Shown: positions 1-10,813 of the stretch, piece by piece
Numbering within the stretch: the first letter of the stretch is position 1
Layout of the letters: every line of letters starts with the position of its first letter
Source of the DNA: Phoronis australis
Lineage: Eukaryota > Animalia > Phoronida
Direction of reading: 5' to 3'
DNA: 64,000 bases
Assembly (NCBI GenBank): GCA_002633005.1
Contig: NMRA01000072.1
Span: 857,957-921,956 of the forward strand
The notes under the pieces: generated by a model
The model's database searches: none
What the model was told of the DNA's origin: nothing
The model's input: the letters and a program-made list of their open reading frames with translations, nothing else
Position numbers and translations under genes: made by a program

Positions 1-73
1 CTGTTTATAATGCTGTATGAAGAAACAACAAAAGTGTCTCCAGTAAAAAGTGGGTTGGAGACAGACCGCCTAC

Positions 74-670
74 CAGTGTGTGTGAGTATGTGGCTCTGGA
101 GGAACCTCTCTGAGAGCGCTGCGTACGGACATTGGTCACACTTGAAGCACTTCTCACCATCATGGGTCTTCAGGTGAATCTTGTATGAGTAGCGATCAGG
201 AAAAAACTTGGAGCACTTTTTACACTGCAACGGCTTGTCTGACGTGTGCAGCTTCTGTACGTGGATACGCAGGTCCGCCTTGCGACCGCACGTGGTCGGA
301 CAGAGTTCGCACTGGAACACCGGCTTGTTGCCACTATGGATGAGCTCATGAGACTTGAGCGAGTTGCTCTGTGTGAAGCGGGCATTGCAGACCTTGCACT
401 CGTACGGTTTCTCGCCAGAGTGGATGCGACGGTGACGCTTCAGCTTGTACGTGTCAGGGCTGGCGTAGGAACAGTCTGGGCACTGGTACGGACGCTCACC
501 CGTGTGCGACCGGATGTGACGCTTCATCTTGCTCAGCTCGACCGCGGCGTAGTCGCACTCGGGACACTTGTGAGGCTTCTCAAACGTGTGCCGGTAGCGC
601 ACGTGTCTCACTAGTTCGCCAGACGTGGTGAAGGCAGAATCACACTCTTTGCATTTGTGAGGACGAGTGC
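74..670 (-). CDS. CTCF: CTCF coding exon 4 (ZF3-ZF9); the gene continues beyond the left edge
   Basis: Acceptor ttccag at 671-676 and donor gtaggc at 73-68, phase 1/1, 597 nt. Translates to (G)[79 protein letters not shown]...[14 protein letters not shown]...HTG, the diagnostic CTCF fingers. The ORF track misses it because it has no start codon. Confidence 0.97.
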
Positions 671-1112
671 CTGGAAACAATAAGTGAGTGTTTCAACATG
701 GACTACAATGCTATAAAACATGGAAAGCAGCATTGGCATTTAAAATAATGAGTTAACTTACTTGGCATACAGTAGCTTTAAAGATCTATTGAGCACTTTT
801 TAATTAATGTGACTGTAACATTCACTGAATGGTAAGCGACGAATGCCTAAATTTTGCGACATATTACAAATTTTAAAATTCTAGTCACAAAATAAGGCAA
901 ATTTGTTTTAGTGTTGTGAAAGTCGAGACAAAAACCCTGAAGATAATAATGCAAACTCATTTTCAAATCTTTGATTCCACATTTTGCAAAACTGCATTGA
1001 ATGTCAACATACAAATCATAACATGTCTGTTCCAAAAATGGAAAAGCTGTATACCTACAATCAACAAGGCTGTATATGATAAAGTAAACCACCTGCTAAC
1101 AAACTATCATAC

Positions 1113-1941
1113 CTGTGTGTGTGTTGACGTGATTGTTGAGGGAGGCAATCGTTTTGAAGCCCCGGTCGCACACAGCACATTTGTGAGGCCGCTCCTCAGA
1201 ATGACACTTCATGTGACGTGTCAACAAGTAGCGCTTGGGGCTAGTGTAGTTACAGTAGGAGCACATCAGTGAGGGGCTGGCCCCAGCTGGCAGCTTCCTT
1301 GGCGGGGGCTGCTTGCGTGGGGTCCCATCTTCGTCTAACTCTCCAACTCCGCCGGCGTCCTTGAAGTCATAGACAGACATGTCCTGGTTCTCTCCATCCT
1401 TATCCTCGTCGTCCGGCTGTGAGACAATGAGAACATAGCTCACTTCACCCGACTGATTGGCTTCCGATGGCATAATGGTCACGGTCTGGTAGCTTCCGCC
1501 AGTGTTCAGCACCACCTGATTAGAGCCAGTCGTCACTGCGGCTGCTGTGGTCACGTTTGTCTCTGGTTGCATGGCCACCAACTGAGGCTGCGACCCGTCC
1601 CCATCTCCCTGCACAGCCACCAACTGGACACTCTGCAGGTCACCCAGTACAGGCTGACCATCAGAGGTCACTATCTGCACCGTCTGACCACTGTCCACCT
1701 CCGTCTCCAGTTGAGATGCCGTCTCCACCACTGCCTCCTGTTCACTCACTTCCGTGTCGGGTTCTAGCTGTGGGACTTCTTCAGTCTGTTGTGGAGCCTC
1801 TATTGGCTCCTCAGCAGCCACTACCACAGCCTGCTCCTCCCCTGGGGTCTCGTTGGACTCTTCCTCTTGCTGTTGTTTCTCGGCAGCAGCTTGGTCTGCC
1901 TGCGCCTGCTCTGCCGAGAGTTGTTCAGACGCTTCAGCAAG
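1113..1941 (-). CDS. CTCF: CTCF coding exon 3 (acidic N-terminus, YDF motif, ZF1-ZF2)
   Basis: Acceptor tctctgtttccag at 1942-1954, donor gtatga at 1112. Contains SVYDFKD, CSYCNYTSPKRYLLTRHMKCH and SEERPHKCAVCDRGFKTIASLNNHVNTHTG, and joins the next exon in frame (G|GC). Confidence 0.95.
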
Positions 1942-2347
1942 CTGGAAACAGAGAGAATGTGCAGAAAATTAGTGTTTTCAGACACATATTTACTAATCAA
2001 CTATAAAAAGGAACCACACTCAATTTCATACAACAAGAAATACTGCAGTGAGAGTGCAGCAAAGTGATACGCAATCATAGTATTGGGTTTCCTCATCCGA
2101 ACATGCTGACACATTGACAATCTATTATTCAAAACGCACCATTCGAAATTCCTTTTAGAAAAACAATGCTGTCAACAGGGCCTAAAATAAATGGGCCACC
2201 TTATACGATGCTCGCTAATTTGCCACCAGCAATTATAGGTGCAAGACACACATATACCGTAACAACTGATGTTAGACTAAGCATAAATATTGGACATAGA
2301 AATAATTAGAGGCTACCAAAGACTGATGTTTCAAATGATTAACTTAC

Positions 2348-2467
2348 CTGGTCCAGACCAGACACCTGTTTCACTGTCACGGCCACCTCACTACCATTCT
2401 GACCAGCGTCACCAAAACCACCCACCTCACCAGAAACCACTGCAGCGGTATCCGCGGTCTGTCCACC
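2348..2467 (-). CDS. CTCF: CTCF coding exon 2 (40 aa, GGQTADTAAV...VSGLDQ)
   Basis: Acceptor ctgtag at 2468-2473, consensus donor CAG|gtaagt at 2347. 120 nt, phase 0/0, open and in frame with both neighbours. Confidence 0.75.
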
Positions 2468-3984
2468 CTACAGATAACGTGTATTTACACAAGTCAAAAG
2501 GTAACATATGTCAGGACCCAAGGTCACGCTTGGAAAGTAAGGCAGTGGAAATCTGTCTGGAGTTACGCTTAGCATCTCGGGCAAATGTTCACATAACCGC
2601 TGACAATGGTGGCGTTTCGTGACCTCGCACTTGCCAAATTGGTCCCTTTAAACAAGCGGGACAATCACAGGGCTGCCAACCATTAAACACATAATCTGTA
2701 ACTTTCATACCGAAAATCTGCATTTTGCCAATAAAACTTGTACGATTTCCAGTACATTCAGAACATATAATTTCAATGAAAAGTTGATGTGATACACCAA
2801 AAAAAGTTTTCAGTTTCATATCGTGTTTAACTGAAAACTCAGCTCATCACATCTATGTTTTTTTGCATTTTCTGTCGGCATGGTTGATTTCTCCCTACTG
2901 GGTCATGGCACAACAAATCTCAAATCCTGTAACAATTTCCCGATCCAAACTGATGTTGTGGGCGCCAGGGTTCTGTGTGTTGAAGTCACAGCGACGAGAC
3001 ATTTTCTAGATCTAATCTGATTCCTCAGAATATTCGTCTCCAATGCTCCACTCTAGAAATCTTGACACAGCTTTCAAAGATGATATCGCACCATGCAAAG
3101 CCAATAAAATGCATTTTTCAGCGGCCAATCTTTCACAAACTAGCTGCAATAGGGGACTCTTCATAGTGGCGTAATGAGAGTGTCAAAGCGACTTCCCCTT
3201 GATCCTGACTCACATTTGGTAGACAGAAATTCACTGCTACACATACAAGTAGTGGTTCATTAAAAACAGAGGAATACATTTCATTGTCACCAATTGTTTG
3301 ATTAGGTTAAGTTCACTAACTTATTTGGGCTCTTTGACATCGGCACGAAACGAAATTCTACCATTTTTATCAGTCGCAGCCACCAACAATGCAGCCGCAG
3401 GTTCCTTACCAGAAATGTATGGGACACGAGGTCCTTCATCTATCGGATATTTCAAGAGGTTTGCCTTTTTCTATAAGCCATTAGTATATCCCACCACACA
3501 TCAGAGAAAAGTTGCCAGCATTATGATAGGAGAAAAGGTGTTATAACGCTTATATCACAAGGTTGAAACCTCCCGTCTGCATTACATGGGACCTGTAGAT
3601 GACCCTGAACGTCTGTCCACCAAAGGCGTGATCACCATATGGGGGGTTTGTAAATTTCAATATGGCACGGCTACTTCCAAAGTTAGTTATTGGCCAATTA
3701 TAAAAGGGGAATCTTGTACGTAAATTATGTTACAAGCTGCGCTCTTGGCTACTCCCGATGTTTTCTGCCGATCTGACGCTTCAAAACTCTGATACTTTGA
3801 AAGATATTTGTATTTTCTACTCATTTGTTTGAAGGTAATTAAAGGCTCAAAATGGTAACATTTCAAAACCAATACATAGTGATTCTTAGATTCTACAAGA
3901 ATGTAGAATAGCAATATTGTCAAATCTATAATAGTTGATAGCCCTGCAATCAAGGGTAGCTGGTAAAGTACACGCAGACCCTAC

Positions 3985-4113
3985 CTGTGCCTCTACGGGG
4001 ACAGTCTGTATGTCCTTGTTAAACTCCTCCAAATAGTTCTGGATATCATTCAGTGCTTGGCCAGTATCAGCACTTGTGTGCACACTGGCGTCGCCACTGC
4101 TGCTCACCTCCAT
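3985..4113 (-). CDS. CTCF: CTCF first coding exon (MEVSSSGD...DIQNYLEEFNKDIQTVPVEAQ)
   Basis: ATG at 4113-4111, 2 nt after acceptor tttgtctctcgcag (AG at 4117-4116). Donor CAG|gtaggg at 3984, phase 0. DIQNYLEEFNKDI resembles the insect CTCF N-terminus as recalled (DLQTFLNNFHKEI). Confidence 0.82.
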
Positions 4114-4230
4114 TTCTGCGAGAGACAAAGAAAACAGTAGTTATTGTTGGGAATAAATAAGCACAATATATTGACAAAAGTACACTGCGAGATGGCAGCA
4201 GCGTGCTGACAAATACATAGTGTCACTCAC

Positions 4231-4460
4231 CATTCAGCAATGTGATTTGTAAAGAAATTGCCTTTCATATCTATTAGCTCGGCTCTTCAGAATTTGAAAC
4301 TGGGTCAAGCAGTGTTGCTTTCATGATCTCTCAGTTGCCCTATCGCAAGCTCTGCCCCCTTGCGAAACGTCGACAAACGAACAATAAGTTTTACCCAGCC
4401 ATGCGTTGTTTGTCAGGTAAAATGTCGAGAATGCTGCGTTCTGATTGGTCACTTAAGTCG
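4231..4460 (-). promoter_or_regulatory. Candidate proximal CTCF promoter or 5'UTR exon
   Basis: Donor ATG|gtgagt at 4231/4230, about 115 nt upstream of the coding-exon acceptor. CCAAT box (gattggtc on +) at ~4443-4450 and locally raised CpG content. Confidence 0.4.
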
Positions 4461-6139
4461 CCACTCAAAGTCCTGGCAATAGGTCAATACCCTTAAGAGT
4501 TCTATGTCCAATGTTTGCTATTAACTCATAGATCGTGTTATCCTGAAATTACGCAAAAAAGTGTGCAGTACAAAATCTGGTCGAATAAGGTCGTCCTGTA
4601 TTACACAGCATTAGAACTTTCCTTTGTCCTGCAGGTAAGAAAGAGCGTTGTTTTCGCATAATTATAAACCCAATTTTGGAACATCAGGTACATTTTCACA
4701 GGTCATGTTCACAACCGTCAACATATATGGCCATGGAAATATTCCACATTTCAACCATTTAAAAGCACTAGTGCCTTTAAGAAAGGGGATTCTGTTGCAT
4801 TCAAAATTAACCCAACGAACTTTCTTTGTCTACTTGCTCCACATTTTCTTGTTTTTGACTGATATTGGGAAAGCGAAGAACATATATCACGCATCCACAG
4901 ATATTTGTTCAGTTTATTCAATTTTTCCCCTTGGAGTTGCAGCCCACAAATTAGCAGTAATATTTCATTGGTACTGGAAGGACAAATAGAGTAATGCAGC
5001 TTAGAAAACTCGATAAGACATTGCGGCAGTGAGGGTCACTAATAAAAGCGATATTCAATTGTCGCTGTGTAATCCAGAGCAGCCCTATTACAGGGCCATC
5101 GATCACTTAAGGTGCCTTAGGGTAGAAGGGAAACTCCCAGCCCTTCCACGGCACCACCAATTCCATCCGCTGGTTGTCATCCCTTACTGGCAATGCCTAA
5201 AGCAGAAAAAACTTAACCTTGTACTTAAGTGATTCTAGCCTTGAAAAAAAGGTTTCAATAATTGGGAGGGGGGTTGTGCATGATGAGAGGAATATCGATT
5301 GATTTCTACGTATTTTTCGTAAGAGAATGAGACTCATATTAGGCCCAGAAATTGAAGGTCTTTAATGATCAGCCTTAAAACTACAAAAAGAAGTCTTTTT
5401 GGCTACAACACAAATTTTGCCAAAATCACAAGACATATTCCGTAAAAAAGTATATATGGGTAGAAATTCTTCTTGTTGGGCACAGCATGGCACAGAAGTG
5501 GGATTTCATTTCTACCTGTTCCTTTGTCAAGACTACAGAAGAAACCTTCTCGGCTACAAGACAACAATTTTCGGTGTAGCATGATGTCTAAATTTTGTCG
5601 GACGCCTGGTCTGCAGGTCTCATAATTTGGTACCATTGCACAGAACCTGATTTGAAACTCACGGTGAAAATTTTACTCTTAAGCTGCATTTGTTCTACTC
5701 TCTGTATTAACTACACTTGGTGCTACAGTTCTGAGCAATAGTCACTTGTAGGGGCCTCGAACTGCGAGAACCAGTTTGATGCCCATTATTCAGTGTAGAA
5801 AACTGGTTCTCAAATTGCGAAATGCTTGTAAGGGACTGTTAGTCAATTCCGAATAGTTACAGAGGTTGAAGTGCAGCAGATGGAAATCTGAAAACTTGTA
5901 ATTTTAATAATTTAATAATTTTGTGCCAAATTGAAGAATTTTTAGCATAAATATTTTTATGATATGTCATCTGTTTTGGCAAGTCAGTCTGAGTAGAGAA
6001 GAAAAGTATACTTTGAGTGGCACAAGTCACAATAGTATACAACTGGAAAAATAAGCAATCTATAGATCAACTGCTCATATTCCAGGGCAGTAAATCAACT
6101 GTGCTGTGATGTCAATTTCATGAAAATAGGTCACCAGGC

Positions 6140-6930
6140 CATGGACATAAAATGGCGGAAAATAATTATCTTCTCTTCATTTCACTGAACCAAGGAACAG
6201 TTCATGGAAATTCACACAATTTAAGCACGCAAAGTTCTTTCTTTGTTTATGATAACGACGTGCAGTTTCTTGCACTGCCGGGGAGGCGCCTCTTGTCGCA
6301 AATGCCCAGCGCCCTCTCCGGCGACAGGGCAGACATTTTCAGCGAAGGTCGTTAAATTTTCGGTCTACCTGTTCGTCCAAGATTGCGCGAACACAGTGAC
6401 ATTAGGATTTACTGTTTACTTCAAGCACTTAATACATATTTCTGCGATTGTCTAAATAACGGAGAAGTGAAAAATACTGATTGTTCGCTGGATCAACGGT
6501 TGAGTCAAAAATGCGGCATCGAACACAAATTTCAGCATGGCCGGTGATTTTTATGTTAATCATAGCGGGACAAAGACGAGCAAATATGCCAAATCATGGT
6601 CATCATTTACGCAGTTTTCCTATGGATGTTTTACCTTATGTGTTGAGGACATGATCTCTGTTGTTAAAAGAACATTTTCAGGCAAATATAAAACAGAATA
6701 CATAATGAAAACTTACCAAAAATCTGCAAAATTGGACACTTGAGGGCGTTGTGAGGTCCACAAGATGGCGATCGGATCAAAGCTCCTCGTTTCTTGCTCG
6801 TCGATGATTGGTCAATGTGATGTAAGCGTGGCGTTGTCACGTGTGCCTTTCCCGCGAAGTCTGTGGGTCTTGAAAGATGTTTGAACTGAGCGGCCTGCGG
6901 GCGCGGCGTCCTTGTCGGATCTCTGCTGCC
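6140..6930 (-). promoter_or_regulatory. CpG-rich candidate distal CTCF promoter with a non-coding first exon ending at 6717
   Basis: Consensus donor TTG|gtaagt at 6717/6716. YY1-type motifs caagatggcg (6761-6770) and aaaatggcgg (6149-6158), a CCAAT box at ~6806-6813, and a GC-rich tract at 6890-6910. Confidence 0.5.
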
Positions 6931-7179
6931 CTTTTGCAACCACCGTGGTTGATATGCACTTAGGTGTTAATTCATTGAATCTGAACTTTTTTAAATGCGC
7001 TTACAGTATTTCAAAATATTATAGCCAAGAGGTATGCTACGCCGAAGCTTACCCTGGCTTGAGTCGCAGGCCATCGGGCAACATTTTTATGAGATGATGG
7101 GGTTTTGCATGAGCAAACAATAACTTTGTTGGAAAATAATGGGAAAAATTTCGAACCAAAAATTAAATATTTCACTATA

Positions 7180-7522
7180 TTCGAATTTTAAAAACTTGAA
7201 AACGTAAATTTTCATCATATAGAAACCTTAGAGTTTTTAGAAAATTCAAGTTTTCCACACATGAAAAAAAACAGTTTTCTGAAAAGCTTAAGAAGTCAGG
7301 AAAACTTAAGTTTCTATAATTGGAAAAACTAAAGTTTGCGAAAAACTTAAGAAGCCAGGAAAACTTAAGTTTTTAAAATTACAAAAACTTCTTAAGTTTT
7401 TTGCGAAAAACTTAAGTTTTAAAAACTTAAGTTTCTTTTAAAAACTTAAGTTTTTCGGAAGAACTTAAGTTTTTCCAAAACTTAAGTTTTCAGCGAAAAA
7501 CTTAAGTTCATTTTTGTAAGGG
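7180..7522. repeat. Array of palindromic AAACTTAAGTTT repeats ending in TTTTTGTAAGGG-TA; probably one end of a CACTA/EnSpm-like DNA transposon
   Basis: About a dozen (a)aacttaag(ttt) units that become more regular towards the terminus. The partner TIR was not found. Confidence 0.55.
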
Positions 7523-8065
7523 TACAGAGGGACCCCGCCTAGCCCCGTAGCCCCGTAGGGACCGCCCATAGTGAAGGCTGTGCCTGCCGGGAGGTGAGAA
7601 AATTTGTGGCGAGGGCGGATAGATTAGGGTGGACTGAATATGTCCTGTCGGGACAAAAACCGCGGTCCCCATTGTGTCCATAGAAGCACGTCACACGTGC
7701 GCTATTAAAGCGGCCAAGGGCCCACTTCACTAGAGCCCTTGCTGACAACCGTTACGATGGACGTTTGTAAACATGTGTTACAGCACTGGTTAAAGAATTT
7801 GGGGTCATTATTTTTAATATATTGAATAGTGATGAGTAAGCCGCGTCACTATTACAGTAGTCACCTTTCAAATGCAAGGTCTTTTGTCTCGGTAGACAAC
7901 CGTCTTTCACTGGTACGGCCTACAACGTAAACCGCTTGGAGACGTTTTTTGTGCCTGAACCGAAATTGAAGTTTGCATGACGTGGTGTAAAACGCCTATC
8001 CAGAGGATGGGGCATATTAAGTACCGAGGGTAGGCGTCTTGTTCCAGTTGAATTAGCATTCGTTT

Positions 8066-8210
8066 TAGAATATAAATCGGTAAATAAAACAACAAGATTG
8101 GATCAACTGAAATTTGAAATTTTCGGTTGTAATAACTTCCTTATTACATCCGAAATTTTCAAATTTCAGTTGATCCATTCTTGTTGTTTTATTTACCGAT
8201 TTATATTCTA
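8066..8210. repeat. Near-perfect palindrome with 70-bp arms and a 5-nt loop
   Basis: 8066-8135 is the reverse complement of 8141-8210 with 3 mismatches. The loop is cttcc, and both ends are TA. Confidence 0.95.
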
Positions 8211-9382
8211 CATTTCATGAAACAATAGTATCCTTGGGAGGATCTGGATCGCCTTATTTAGTTTCAGAGATTTATTTTCTACGACATTCATTTTACACAC
8301 ACGATATTCAAATTTTACTACAAGGTACCGGGTATATGTTATGAATACATGTGTTTTATAAAAATAGTTCATTATTGCAGAACGGAAACAAAGTATAACT
8401 ATATTAGCACGCACTTAGACCTAACGTCGCCACCGCGACTAACATGCAGGCAAACCTTTGACGATTCATCCGGGTACTACAGACGAGTAGTAGTGTTACT
8501 AGAAATAGAAGTGACCTAAAACACTTTTAGCAATGGCGTATTTAGAGGGGGGTCATGCCACCTACCCACTAAAATTCTCCCAGATTCCATTTGGCTGTTC
8601 GAGGGTGCGAATGTCTGACGGGCAAAATCCTGGCTAATACTCTGCCCTGCCCCCTCAACTCAAAATCCTGGATTTGCCAATGCCCCTGTGTAGCCCCATA
8701 GGTTGACCACGCCTTGCTTTCGACGGACATACCCTTGAAATGTTCTTATGTTTCTTTAAGACAATTGAAAACTGAACTACTGAAATATGTATGTCACTGA
8801 TTAGTTTACGGGAAGTAAATTATCGACGTCGGAATATTGGTCAATAAAACGATGTGTAGAATGTGCAAATAAAAGGAAAACCAAGCAGAAATTGTGAAAT
8901 TTTAACTCCAATTTACTTTTGAAGCACCCATATGCGCCAATGGAGCTTGAGTGCTTCCAAAGAAAGCGCAGTCTTAGAAATGACTGTCAGTCTTCTCCCA
9001 CAGCTGATAAATTATTACTCTCGTGAGCGGAAATATTCTTTTGTTAGGCAGTTTTGATTTCCTACCAAAAAGTGAGGGTTTCATATGTGGTCACAATGAA
9101 CAAGTCGACAAAACCGTCAAAGACTGGAAGCCAGCCGAAAAGCAAAAGCACTCTGTGAGTTGTCGATGCAAGAATCGGGATCTTTAATTTGTGTTTTTTG
9201 ATTTTCAGACGAGACGGAATAATCGAAATCAAATAGCTATTTAGAAACTTATCCTGGTTGCCATGGTAACATTTATTAAAATATGTATAACCCATTCAAG
9301 GCAGAATGGATCAATGTATTGCACATTATTCGTAACAGTGAGTTTGTTTTTTTTACAGGAATTTCATTTGGCCTGCTACTGG

Positions 9383-10064
9383 AACAAGAGCAATGCATAG
9401 GTTGAAATGCGCCCACAATTGTTAACATCATATAAATATACTTACACAATTTCGTAAAGATCCTGCGAACGGTTTAGGAGATACAGCCATAGGCGCAAAA
9501 AAACAAAACTGCCACTAGGAGGCGCCACAGTAGTCGAAATCGTCGGAAAATCATCGTCAACCGTTCTCTACATAGTAAGCATATACATGCCAATTTTCAC
9601 AATCATTGTCAGCTGTCCTCTTTATAGTAAGCACATACATGCCAATTTTCACAATCATCCTCTGAGCGGTTTGGTTGATAGAGGGGTGGAGGCACAAAAA
9701 CCGACTCGAAAACACCAAAAATGGCCACTAGGTGGCGCAAACTATGTCGAATACATCTGAAAACAGGAGGATAGCGTCATCTCACTAATAGGTGCCTACA
9801 TACCAAATTTCATGAAAATCCGTTCAGGACTTTTGAAGATACAAAGGTAAGCGTAAAAAACTAAAATTGCCACTAGGGGGCACACCGGTAGTCGGACCCG
9901 TCCGAAAGTTCGCACATGCCGTCCCATTCATGAATGGAACATGTGCCAAATTTCATGAATGTATGTCAAGGGGTTTCTATGGAGATAAAGCAGCGGATGC
10001 CGGACGGACAGACGGACGGAGATGACGGCATAATGCGTCCGCATATAAATATGTGGGTGCATAA
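9383..10064 (-). mobile_element. Helentron-associated non-autonomous element (HINE/DINE-1/pearl-like), copy 1, carrying 3 CTCF-like motifs
   Basis: AACAAG end. Subterminal inverted repeat ATGCGCCCACA (9407-9417) / TGTGGGTGCAT (10052-10062), terminal hairpin ccgcatat-aa-atatgtgg, and a (GACG/GACA)n microsatellite at ~10000-10020. Internal repeat units are homologous to 25.3-27.05 kb. Confidence 0.75.
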
Positions 10065-10254
10065 AAATGAAATTTGATAGATTTCGTAGAGGAGTTGTCA
10101 TTTTTGGAAATGTACGGAAAGCAAAATGTTTTTCTTTAGAAATCAAAATGAGAATCCGAAGTATGACTAACTTGTTTAGAGTTTTTCGACTAGTACCGAC
10201 CAACACCCGCTTTGCAGTAAATGAAACGAAAGTGTTGAGTGCGCTACTGTTCTA

Positions 10255-10260
10255 TTTATT
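10255..10260 (-). terminator. Candidate spalt polyadenylation signal (AATAAA); an alternative lies at 10861-10866
   Basis: AATAAA on the minus strand, preceded by TGTA motifs and followed by a T-rich tract. Would give a ~2.9-kb 3'UTR. Confidence 0.35.
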
Positions 10261-10486
10261 TCACTACGCCTGATACAAATACAACTGTATTACTACAACA
10301 ATAACATGTGCAAATTGAATGCATATTGTAATACGTATGGCAGAAAAATACATTATTCATAAAACGTGTTGATAGAAATAAATCAACTTATATATGCGCG
10401 TAGCTACCACGCAGCAAATGCGACTCTGGCTCAATCCATCAGTCGCACAATTTCAACACATCGCATAACACTGGTTATTAAATTAA

Positions 10487-10813
10487 AGACACTCTTTCCA
10501 CTTTTTTCAGTTAAAAATTTCACAAAATGACCGGAAATCAGTCTAGTTTAATCTTAGTCCAAAATTATGCTTTTAACCAGGTAACCAAATTATGTCAAAA
10601 TAACGAGAATTAAATACGGAATTTCCAATTATTAATGTTTAAATATCTGGTGGTGCACCAACAAAAATGGCTTCCACAGTTGAACGGCAATGAACATCAC
10701 TTTTATGAATTGTCATTAAAAAACACAATATAAAAATGTTCCTATTTCAGTTATGGTCTCTCCATTGATGGCACTCTAATGTGTTCTTAACTGGTGAAAA
10801 TAAAAGAGTGTCT
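10487..10813. mobile_element. Kolobok-type MITE
   Basis: TTAA-AGACACTCTTT ... AAAGAGTGTCT-TTAA, an 11-bp perfect TIR with TTAA on both sides. Confidence 0.65.

Noticed and set aside
246-2067. Plus-strand ORFs (246-614, 916-1272, 1557-2006 and others)
   Set aside because: They are antisense shadows of the CTCF exons, a common effect with zinc-finger codon patterns.
4183-4200. Possible autoregulatory CTCF sites near the CTCF 5' end (ctgcgagatggcagc; also 6307-6324 on minus)
   Set aside because: Several core mismatches. They cannot be supported without PWM scoring or ChIP.
4621-4640. Plus-strand CAG|gtaaga donor suggesting a divergent transcript
   Set aside because: An isolated splice-like signal with no supporting exon chain.
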